The translations under genes and the position numbers were made by a program. The notes under the pieces are model-generated. The model did not search any database. It was not told the DNA's origin and saw nothing but the letters and a program-made list of their open reading frames with translations. A DNA stretch of 53,156 nt from NCBI GenBank assembly GCA_017427315.1, contig JAFRTA010000267.1, positions 1-53,156 on the forward strand. Direction: 5' to 3'. The stretch comes from Clostridia bacterium (lineage in GTDB: Bacteria > Bacillota > Clostridia > Oscillospirales > Acutalibacteraceae). Within the stretch, counting starts at the first letter, position 1, and each line of letters opens with the position of its first letter. This document shows positions 8,001 to 14,755 of the stretch, piece after piece.

Positions 8001-10834
8001 CTGTCGTCATAATAGGCAAGCGCGTATTCACCGTTTATGCTTTCAAAACGTGCGCTTCTTTCATACATTTCATTATCGGTATACTGCGTGAGAGCCCCGG
8101 TATTGTCTATAAGATATATTTCGACGTCTTCCGTCGTCTGCAAATCGCCATTCTCATCCACGGCGACGGCGGCGGTAAGAGCGCCGGATATCGTTGACAC
8201 GTCAAGCGACTCAACCGGTTTATCAAGAACCGTCTGTGAAACGGTTTCAATTGTTTCACCCGCAAGGCGCATAACATTAACCGTGTTCGATCCCGTCATT
8301 GTAAGCGGTGAATTGTCGGAATTCTCCGTATACGCGACGTATACCTCTCCATGATCGGCAAAGACGGCGGGCATAAAATCAAACTTGTCGTTGTTTGTTA
8401 TCGTTTGAATGTTTCCGAATTCGCCGGTTTCTTTATCGAATTCAGCAGCGCTGATTTCACAGGCGGCGGCAAATTCTTCCATCGTCACATTCTCATCAAA
8501 CGTTGTATTTGTGTTGACCCATACAACATAGATGTTTTCCCCATCTGTGGCAACGTCGGGGTATGCATCCGCCGTTCCGTCGTCGCTGATCATTGCGGGA
8601 GCGGACCAATTGCCGGAGGCGTCATCATAAACCGAATACACCACTGCGGTCTGATTGCCGGTCGTTCTGTCCGCGATATCCGCCGTCCAAACCATCATAG
8701 TTAATCCATCATCAGTTGAGATAATCTGCGGGTTTGCTTCCTGATAGATCGAGGATTGCAACAATGTCGGCGTAGAGGTTTTTGTCAATGAAGGCGCTTT
8801 TTTTATGCTTCGGTCAGACGTGCCGGAAGCAAGCCATTCCGATTGATTTTCCAAATAGTCGCGGGTATCAAGAGAATATGCGGAATCGTTAAAAATGCAG
8901 TCAGTACTGCCGATATCCGACAAATCTATTGTTTTCTTCTGAACGGATTTTTTGGAACTGTTCCCGAAGTCTTTGTTTAAGTATTCCCAATCCAGGAATT
9001 GCCAAAGAGACTTTGAGCCGCTGAAAATAACGAACTGACCTTGTACGCCTAAGTCGCCCGACAAGGTTCCCTTGATGTTGTTCCACATGGTAACCTTGAT
9101 TTTGTTTGTTAAATTAACATATCCTCCGCCGTTGAATACCTTCGGTATACCGATCGTTGCCGAACCGGTAAGGGAAGGAAGCGTAATATCCAGTGTTCCG
9201 CTGAAATCCCATTTTGCATTGTTTACGTCATACAATACGCTCACGTCAGCTGAAGCGCCGATTTTTCCTGTTACCTTAAACTCAATGGGTACATAGAACA
9301 CAAGCATAAACGTCGACCAACTCATTGATGCCGAAATACTGATAAAACCGTCGGCGCCGACTTCAGACCATTTGCCGTTTTCATATTTAAGTTCAAGGTA
9401 AAAGGCAGCCTTTGCATCAACTTTTAAGGGGCTTAATTCGCTTCCTACAAAAGAGCATCCGAGACTTGAAAAGTCAGTTGTTTTTTCACTAATCACAGTC
9501 GTTGCCATATTAGTGATAATATCCTGCTTTGTTTTTTTGACAGCCTGTTTCCAATCAAACCACAAAGACCTCATTGTTCCATCTTTATCCCAATAGCTTG
9601 TTGTATCTTCCGTACCGTTTAATTTTGACCATTTTGAGCTTCCAGAAGCGCCGACCCCGATCTTTATGGTATCTTCATCTTTTATTACAAAAAACGGCAG
9701 CGAAGACAAATCAACATCGAAACTCCAACCGCCGATGATTTTTAAATCCTGCGGGAAAGTAATGCTGAACTTATTATCTGCGAGTTTACCTGTCGTTGTA
9801 GTTTTGTATGTTTTTATATTCGTATCAATTTTTGCCAGTTTTCTGCCGTCCGAATCAATAACTCGGACTTTCAGAGTGTGTCCTGCGGGAATATCTTTTG
9901 CTTTCAGACTGAATGAACCGTTTTCGCTTTCGGACACGACCGTTCCGTCGTAGAGAAGCTGGAATCTGTTATAGTCTGTAAGATCGGTATAAACCTGAAT
10001 ATTAATAACCCTGTTTTTGTCATCATCGCTGTCTCCCGAAATCGGGAATTCCACATACTGCGCGTCAACAAGCGCGTCAACGCCGTTGCAGTGCACCGCA
10101 CTGATATGGCTGCCGGTGCTCTCCGTAACAGCGGCATACATCATAATACCGGAGGAATTAATATCTCCTCCGAATTCCGCAGTATAATATCCGGAGGCTT
10201 CAATTTTCGTTGTCCCTCCTGCTTTGGTTACGGTCGCATTGTCTATATGCGCAAGGCTGCCATATGAAACGACTAAATCTTGTGTTTTTATTTGAGTGAG
10301 TCCATCCCATTCACAAATGAATTCTCTAGAATCTCCAGCAGTTCCTGTAGCAAAGTTTCCATCATTCCATGTTCCATCATACCACTTATAATAGAATTCG
10401 CCATAATTCTCTCTTCCTCCTTCGTTGTTTGGCTCACCACTGTGCCAGTTGGTATAAGTAACTTTTTCACCAGTTATCCAATGCCAATCTTTGGCTCCTT
10501 GCGATCTATAAAGTCCAAAATATGCGTTATAATATCCAGACGAATGGGTTAGGTCGATTAAGAAATCGTTTTCTGCTTTGTCAGAAATCGTTGCTAAGTG
10601 TCCACCTATTTTTTCGCAAAATGCCTCTGCTGCCTCCCATGTGTCTGCATTGCCAGAGGCAAATACCTCATAATAGTGCCCGTTAAATTCCTGATATCCA
10701 CCCGTACCTGATTCTGCTGCCGCTTTCGGAAAAAAACTTTTCCAGTCAACTTCGGCAAGTTCGCCGACCGGTACAATACCGACCAGCATCACAAGGGTTA
10801 AGAAAACGGATAAGATTTTGTTCATTCGATTCAC
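5060..10834 (-). CDS. Giant (1924 aa) secreted surface protein with a C-type lectin-like domain, a CARDB-like region, BspA-type leucine-rich repeats, about seven Cys-rich repeats and a hydrophobic C-terminal tail
   Basis: GTG start 8 nt after AAGGAGG. Signal peptide MNRMNKILSVFLTLVMLVGIV. CTLD motifs W..AEAFC..IGGHLATI, YFGL, EPN, WND, FICEW. LRR_5-like repeats (TLPSGLESVATNAFDN.., LPDSVREIESYAFAN..). C-terminal units have a C..CxxC..H pattern. Confidence 0.9.
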   Translation of the reverse strand: MNRMNKILSVFLTLVMLVGIVPVGELAEVDWKSFFPKAAAESGTGGYQEFNGHYYEVFASGNADTWEAAEAFCEKIGGHLATISDKAENDFLIDLTHSSGYYNAYFGLYRSQGAKDWHWITGEKVTYTNWHSGEPNNEGGRENYGEFYYKWYDGTWNDGNFATGTAGDSREFICEWDGLTQIKTQDLVVSYGSLAHIDNATVTKAGGTTKIEASGYYTAEFGGDINSSGIMMYAAVTESTGSHISAVHCNGVDALVDAQYVEFPISGDSDDDKNRVINIQVYTDLTDYNRFQLLYDGTVVSESENGSFSLKAKDIPAGHTLKVRVIDSDGRKLAKIDTNIKTYKTTTTGKLADNKFSITFPQDLKIIGGWSFDVDLSSLPFFVIKDEDTIKIGVGASGSSKWSKLNGTEDTTSYWDKDGTMRSLWFDWKQAVKKTKQDIITNMATTVISEKTTDFSSLGCSFVGSELSPLKVDAKAAFYLELKYENGKWSEVGADGFISISASMSWSTFMLVFYVPIEFKVTGKIGASADVSVLYDVNNAKWDFSGTLDITLPSLTGSATIGIPKVFNGGGYVNLTNKIKVTMWNNIKGTLSGDLGVQGQFVIFSGSKSLWQFLDWEYLNKDFGNSSKKSVQKKTIDLSDIGSTDCIFNDSAYSLDTRDYLENQSEWLASGTSDRSIKKAPSLTKTSTPTLLQSSIYQEANPQIISTDDGLTMMVWTADIADRTTGNQTAVVYSVYDDASGNWSAPAMISDDGTADAYPDVATDGENIYVVWVNTNTTFDENVTMEEFAAACEISAAEFDKETGEFGNIQTITNNDKFDFMPAVFADHGEVYVAYTENSDNSPLTMTGSNTVNVMRLAGETIETVSQTVLDKPVESLDVSTISGALTAAVAVDENGDLQTTEDVEIYLIDNTGALTQYTDNEMYERSARFESINGEYALAYYDDSGIHYTYDLENETVISLEDGMKVSADYVFVNDGEGAVLLVRANAEDSGKANLYAGVWDGEAWVGDAQITDCSDDLKSFSACKNADGGIKLVYTTAQYETEITEDNGDGSATGTFTETVDMYATAYERTTDVELIAADFDNNSVAQGEVLPVTLYVKNNGLTTIDGINITSACMGVEQSETVSVELKPGQTDTVEYQLIVPETLSGITDVRFTATTDADANSDNNEQTAQIGYTDLSLTLEKLSSGGLTSAVVTITNNSCIATNAKIRLHKDCYDGEAVIEYTVLDIPAFGEKTFYLNSDSINGNFDYGDAVCVEIAAAKDEYSTGDNFDFFTVDTPDEEEWSYSILDDNKIRIDKYNGNETELVIPATWDDYTVSSLGANVISENVTTITLPSGLESVATNAFDNATSLTDIHVVEDNENFVSTDGILCSIDGTKVIRCPIAHKNKEIVLPDSVREIESYAFANVGLTELTLPDSLEIIRSYAFSDNDISVLTISEGITRIERNSFEKCYNLTVINYNATDAATGITTSFLPSILVPSRAVFYNDSNIETVNISRNVKSLPSGLFAGMSGLKTINIETESELNSVAKYAFYKDPALSDVYYGRFYKYWKNITIETGNTPFTDATLHCLECEECIWDDGEITKEPTCITSGTRLFTCTICEKERTEVESVNPNNHTGETAVINSKTATCTEEGYSGDTICADCKTVLTPGEAIPKTDHAWNSGAVTKDPTCTDNGVMTFTCADCGETKTEPVDALGHDFSDEWTVDSAAECEKDGTESRHCSRCDATTDERSVPAPGHVWDSGVITKAATCREEGVKTFTCTECGAAKTETVGKDANNHTGGTTVKNKKAAACVSAGYTGDTCCKGCGTLLKKGESVPATGHSFGAWTVTKAASCMETGTEQRVCANDASHIETRTIAKTAHTDGDNDGVCDVCGADMTDGGDAQTGVCKYCGKVHTGVFGRIISLFHSILYFFSHLFGKK

Positions 10835-10850
10835 AAAGACTGCCTCCTTA

Positions 10851-10884
10851 AAATAAAAAATGCGCCCTGCAAATGAGGGCGCAT
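10851..10884 (-). terminator. Intrinsic-terminator-like hairpin inside the 5' leader, immediately upstream of the giant gene's RBS (possible attenuator)
   Basis: Minus strand reads ATGCGCCCT-CATTTGC-AGGGCGCAT followed by TTTTTTATTTT, then AAGGAGG and the GTG start. Confidence 0.6.
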
Positions 10885-11121
10885 AAAAAGCGCGATCTCA
10901 TTTGCCGCGACGCAAAGTGAACATGATTCGGATGCGCAAAAACAACATCAGAAAATGTCAGAGACGCGCTTTTTTACAAAAGCGGGTTCTGATATTGTTT
11001 AAGCGGTTATACTATTCACTTTACGTCGCAAAATAATTTTACCATATCCAAACGGAAAAAACAATACGCCGAAAGGATTTTTTTTCTCGGCGAGCGGTGT
11101 TATTCCGAAGAATATAATTAT

Positions 11122-11150
11122 ATTATAGCCCGTATGCGGGCAATTGTCAA
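11122..11150 (-). promoter_or_regulatory. Consensus sigma-A-type promoter pointing toward the giant lectin gene
   Basis: Minus strand: TTGACA, 17 nt (ATTGCCCGCATACGGGC), TATAAT. This would give a ~280-nt leader. Confidence 0.65.
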
Positions 11151-11172
11151 TAAACGGGCAGGATTTTATACT
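11144..11172 (+). promoter_or_regulatory. Promoter of the XRE-family gene; its -35 overlaps the -35 of the divergent promoter
   Basis: TTGTCA, 17 nt, TATACT, located ~40 nt upstream of the 11214 start. Confidence 0.6.
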
Positions 11173-11213
11173 TATACCAGAAAATAATATTTTCGGTGTA
11201 AGGGGGCTTTCCG

Positions 11214-11429
11214 GTGATCGTTTTTGACAAGCTATGGCAGACGATGAAACAAAAGAATATCTCCCAATACCAGCTCATCAAAACCTACGGCGTCAGCACC
11301 GGGCAGCTTGACCGGCTGCGGAAAAACGGCAACGTGAACACCTACACCCTGTCCCTTTTATGCGAGATCCTCGACTGTGAGCTTGCGGATATCGCGGAAT
11401 ATAAAAAAGACCGGAAGGAGTCCGAATGA
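11214..11429 (+). CDS. Small XRE/Cro-type helix-turn-helix transcriptional regulator (71 aa)
   Basis: GTG start after AAGGGGG. The HTH segment ISQYQLIKTYGVSTGQLDRLRKNGNVNTYTLSLLCEILDCELADI is typical of short XRE/HTH_26 proteins. Confidence 0.8.
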   Translation: MIVFDKLWQTMKQKNISQYQLIKTYGVSTGQLDRLRKNGNVNTYTLSLLCEILDCELADIAEYKKDRKESE

Positions 11430-11447
11430 ACGGACCTTCCGGTTTTT
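11411..11447. terminator. Hairpin terminator shared by the convergent genes
   Basis: CCGGAAGG ... CCTTCCGG (8-bp stem, 16-nt loop) followed by TTTTT; it overlaps the stop codon at 11427-11429. Confidence 0.6.
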
Positions 11448-11462
11448 ATTGAATCGTTTTAT

Positions 11463-12764
11463 TTATACGTCCTTTCTGTACGCCGTATTCCTGCCGGAGC
11501 CCTCTTTTCGGATCATGCCGTCTCCGATCATTTTTTTCAGCAGCAAAATAACGGTCGCCTGAGACAGTCGCAGCGCGTTCTGGATCTCCTGCCTTGTCAG
11601 CGCGTCCTTCCGTTCAAACAGCCGCAGGACTGCTTTTTCCCGTTCGTTCGGTTCCTCCCGGGCGGCGGTGTGCGCGACGGTCGGCTGAAAGCGGGTATTC
11701 GGAAGCGTGATTTTGAACGCGTGATCCGAAACCTCGATCTTCGGCTTCTGCGGAAGGTCCGCATAACATTCTTTGATTTTCAACAGCCCCGTACCGTACG
11801 CCTCGATCAGCCGCAGGCGGAAAAATACGTTTGCAAGACGCTCGTTCCGAAGCGCCGAAACGCCGAGCATGATATCGTTATAAGAAATGCCGCGCAAAAG
11901 CCCGCCGAGAGACGTGAATTCGATCCGGTCGTCAAAGATGGCGATCAGCGTCGGGCCGCTCAACGAATAGTCGCGGTGAACAACGGCGTTCAGAAGCGCC
12001 TCGCGGATCGCCTCGGGGGGATAGTCCCTTGAATCGATGCGTTCCAGACCCGAAAAATCGGAACGGACGCGGTTATACCGGTCGATAAAAGAATAGGCGT
12101 CTTCAATCTGATCGAAAAGAGAACCGTTTAATTCCCGTCTGTCGCGGAAAACGGTTTTTTTGCCGCCGTCGAAAACGGCAAGCTTTACGGAATGGGGGCA
12201 TTCGTCCGAAAGCAGCAGCGCGAGATTCGTATATGCGCCGTCGGCGTCGAGCATATTCAGCGTGCGCATCTGCTTATCGCCGAAATCAACGTTCATTTTT
12301 TTGAAATACGCCGCCGCGCTGCGGAACGTCAGATCCTGTTCAATGGATCTGCCGTCTTCATACCGGTCTCCCGCAGTTTCCCGGATCATATTCAGGATCG
12401 CCGTCTGCGACGCGGGAACGGAGGAGCTGCCCTGGCGCACGTATACTCCCTCGGGACGAACGCCTTTCCCCGAGAGATAATAAGGCCTTGAGGCGCCTCT
12501 TTGGACGGATATTGCAACGATCGGCTTGCCGTCCCGCTCCGAAACGGAACAGGAGGTGAACATCGTCACGTCCGGACGGATCGCGTCGCGGATCATGTTG
12601 GTCGCGCGCAGCGTCACCTTGTCGGGCTCATCCACTCCGCGCACGGATCCGTCGTCGTTTATGCCGATCAGGATCTCCCCTCCGTCGGTATTTGCGAATG
12701 CGACGACCGCATATCTGATATCGTCTGTATATTCCCGCTTATATTCCGTTTTATTGTTTTCCAC
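11463..12764 (-). CDS. AlbA_2 (Schlafen-like divergent AAA) / ATPase-like / winged-helix protein, often annotated as a putative transcriptional regulator or RecG-like
   Basis: N-terminus EYKREYTDDIRYAVVAFANTDGGEILIGINDDGSVRGV is the AlbA_2 signature. Central REALLNAVVHRDY block. C-terminal wHTH (LTRQEIQNALRLSQATVILLLKKM). GTG start after AAAGGAAG. Confidence 0.8.
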   Translation of the reverse strand: MENNKTEYKREYTDDIRYAVVAFANTDGGEILIGINDDGSVRGVDEPDKVTLRATNMIRDAIRPDVTMFTSCSVSERDGKPIVAISVQRGASRPYYLSGKGVRPEGVYVRQGSSSVPASQTAILNMIRETAGDRYEDGRSIEQDLTFRSAAAYFKKMNVDFGDKQMRTLNMLDADGAYTNLALLLSDECPHSVKLAVFDGGKKTVFRDRRELNGSLFDQIEDAYSFIDRYNRVRSDFSGLERIDSRDYPPEAIREALLNAVVHRDYSLSGPTLIAIFDDRIEFTSLGGLLRGISYNDIMLGVSALRNERLANVFFRLRLIEAYGTGLLKIKECYADLPQKPKIEVSDHAFKITLPNTRFQPTVAHTAAREEPNEREKAVLRLFERKDALTRQEIQNALRLSQATVILLLKKMIGDGMIRKEGSGRNTAYRKDV

Positions 12765-12800
12765 GGTTTTCAGCTTCCTTTCGATAACGTTTCTGACAAT

Positions 12801-12834
12801 CTGATTATTCTGATAATTATTATAATAATCAGAA
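12801..12834. repeat. AT-rich operator-like repeat, copy 1 (imperfect palindrome)
   Basis: CTGATTATTCTGATAATTATTATAATAATCAGAA. This is a direct repeat of 12884-12914 with a 3-nt insertion. Confidence 0.8.
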
Positions 12835-12846
12835 CGAAAAAGTCAA
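12819..12846 (-). promoter_or_regulatory. Promoter of the AlbA_2 gene, with its -10 embedded in a palindrome
   Basis: Minus strand: TTGACT, 16 nt, TATAAT. Confidence 0.6.
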
Positions 12847-12883
12847 TAGAAAAACAGATAAATACCGCTGATAACATATGCTT

Positions 12884-12914
12884 TTGATTATTCTGATTAT
12901 TATAATAATCAGAA
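12884..12914. repeat. AT-rich operator-like repeat, copy 2, containing a perfect 24-nt palindrome
   Basis: TTCTGATTATTATAATAATCAGAA (12891-12914) equals its own reverse complement. Confidence 0.85.
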
Positions 12915-12935
12915 AACTATCAGAATTATAAGAAA

Positions 12936-12979
12936 AGAAAACGCGGAAGCGCCGGGGCAACCGGAGCTTCCGCGTTTTA
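12936..12979 (-). terminator. Terminator of tadA
   Basis: 10-bp stem ACGCGGAAGC / GCTTCCGCGT. On the minus strand it is followed by TTTTCTTTT. Confidence 0.7.
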
Positions 12980-13432
12980 TTATCTTTTTTCCCGCAGCCG
13001 TTTGAAGAAATCCGACAGCAGCGCGGCGCATTCCTCTTCCATAAACCCGCCTTCGATCCCGGGCTTATGGTTATAGGGCAGGTCGAACAGGTTCACCAGC
13101 GAGCCGAGCGAGCCCGCCTTTTTGTCGTAGGCGCCGAAGGTGACCTTCACGATGCGGGAATTGATGACCGCGCCCGCGCACATGGGGCAGGGCTCGAGCG
13201 TGACGAACAGCTCGCAGCCGGGCAGCCGCCAGCCGCCCAGCTTCCGGCACGCCGCGTCGATGGCCTCGATCTCGGCGTGGGCGAGGGCGTTTTTGTTCTT
13301 TTCCCGCCGGTTCCTTCCCACGGAAATGATCTCTCCGTCCCGGGCGACCACCGCCCCCACGGGGACCTCGCCCTCTTCGGCGGCAAGACGCGCCTGATCG
13401 AGCGCCGCCGCCATCAGTTCTTCGTTCGTCAT
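12980..13432 (-). CDS. tadA: tRNA-specific adenosine deaminase
   Basis: The CDA zinc motifs HAEIEAI and PCPMCAGA are present and the size is 150 aa. Confidence 0.93.
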   Translation of the reverse strand: MTNEELMAAALDQARLAAEEGEVPVGAVVARDGEIISVGRNRREKNKNALAHAEIEAIDAACRKLGGWRLPGCELFVTLEPCPMCAGAVINSRIVKVTFGAYDKKAGSLGSLVNLFDLPYNHKPGIEGGFMEEECAALLSDFFKRLREKR

Positions 13433-14514
13433 ACGGAGCCGTTTTTCTGGAACAGCACGGTCATGACGACCATGCCGATCAGCACGAGGATCATCGGCGG
13501 CGTCAGGAAAAACGCGCCGTACAGGCTTTTTGCGGGAAGAACGCTTCGGTTCTTCGCCGGACGCGTGATCTTTCTGCGCACGAGCAGGATGACGAGGCAG
13601 AGCACGCCGACTCCGGCGCCGACCGCCGTTCCCAGAAGAGAGAGCAGCTCCCCCGCTTTTTCATGCCCGTTGTCGTACAGGAGCGAATAAACGATGGAAA
13701 GGCTGTTGTTGAGAAAATGGATCGCGACGCCCGTCCAGAGCGTCCCGGTCCTGATCACAACGTAGCCGAGCACGAGGCCCGCAAGGAACGCGAAGGGCGC
13801 CTGCACAAGATTTCCGTGCATCAGCCCGAACATCATCGCGCTCATCGTGATCGCGAAGCCGTCGCCGTAACGGCGCAGGGAGTGCATCACCACGCCGCGC
13901 ATGGCGTATTCCTCGACGATCGCGGGGAACAGCGTGCTGCGGATGATATAAACGGTGACGCCCAGCGCCGAGGTCGGCGTTTCGAAAAAGTCGTAAGCGA
14001 ATTCAACGCCGGAGGCGTCCTGGATAAACGCGCTGACGTTGCCGGCGATATAGTCCGCGATCATCATCATGCCGAAGCCGCCGACGATGAACAGCAGCGT
14101 GTCTGCGGCGCCCGTATCCGCCCTGCCGTATCGGATCGGCTCGACCTGCAGGTTTTTTTTGAAAAGAAGGTTTACGACGAAAAACGGAACGAAAAGCGAG
14201 ACCAGCGTGATCAGAAGGTCGACGCTGATGTTCAGGATCAGCTCCGCCTCCGTCTGCGGGTGCAGAACGTTCTTCGTTATGAAGAACATATACGGAACGT
14301 ACAGCACGTTCGCCAACAGCAGAAATCCGCCGGTGGCGAGCGCCGCGCCGCTGCTGAGCGCGCGGACGCGCCGCTTTTCTTTCGCCGTTTCGCGCCGGAG
14401 CCGTTCCTCTTCGCCCGGCGGCGCGCTCTGCGCGCCGTAAGGGTAAAAGCCGTTCGGTTCCTGCCCGTAAGGGTACTGTCCGTAGGGATATTGCGGGTTG
14501 TTTATGGGAATCAC
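13429..14514 (-). CDS. CPBP-family (CAAX / Abi-like) intramembrane glutamic protease with a Pro/Tyr/Gly-rich N-terminus
   Basis: Motifs EEYAMRGVV (EExxxR), FGLMHGN (FxxxH) and HFLNN are present, along with multiple TM segments. The stop overlaps tadA (ATGA). The GTG start is uncertain because there is no clear RBS. Confidence 0.8.
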   Translation of the reverse strand: MIPINNPQYPYGQYPYGQEPNGFYPYGAQSAPPGEEERLRRETAKEKRRVRALSSGAALATGGFLLLANVLYVPYMFFITKNVLHPQTEAELILNISVDLLITLVSLFVPFFVVNLLFKKNLQVEPIRYGRADTGAADTLLFIVGGFGMMMIADYIAGNVSAFIQDASGVEFAYDFFETPTSALGVTVYIIRSTLFPAIVEEYAMRGVVMHSLRRYGDGFAITMSAMMFGLMHGNLVQAPFAFLAGLVLGYVVIRTGTLWTGVAIHFLNNSLSIVYSLLYDNGHEKAGELLSLLGTAVGAGVGVLCLVILLVRRKITRPAKNRSVLPAKSLYGAFFLTPPMILVLIGMVVMTVLFQKNGSV

Positions 14515-14538
14515 CTGCCTGTTGTTGTGTTGCCGGAG

Positions 14539-14569
14539 AATTCTGATTCAGCGGAGCTGAATCAGAATT
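14539..14569. repeat. Perfect 14-bp-stem hairpin of the AATTCTGATT family
   Basis: AATTCTGATTCAGC-GGA-GCTGAATCAGAATT. Confidence 0.8.
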
Positions 14570-14635
14570 TCAGTCCCGAGCCCCGGGTCTCGAGGTGTCA
14601 GAATATACACAGAATAACAATATGGAAAACGCGAT

Positions 14636-14755
14636 TTGTCTCAGGTTTCATCAAGCCGCACAGACTTTCAGTTTGCATCTCGGGTCTCGGGTCGCGGGAC
14701 TTGAGACTGTAAATTCTGATTTATGCGCATTGCGCATAAACTCGGAATTTACACT
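14636..14755 (-). repeat. Dispersed ~115-nt 3'-end element, copy A (starts at the secA stop codon)
   Basis: The reverse complement aligns without gaps over the ~75-nt tail (~80 percent identity by eye; the hairpins differ by about 1 nt in length) to 53038-53156. Shared parts: GTGTAAATTC, hairpin, CAGAATTTACAG, heptamer tract, AAAGTCTGTGCG.CTTG.T.AAA.CTGAGA. Confidence 0.85.

Noticed and set aside
5060-10834. Diversity-generating retroelement targeting the C-type lectin domain
   Set aside because: No reverse transcriptase gene and no template/variable repeat pair are visible in the window. The CTLD is N-terminal and of the canonical EPN/WND type, not the C-terminal DGR variable-region type.
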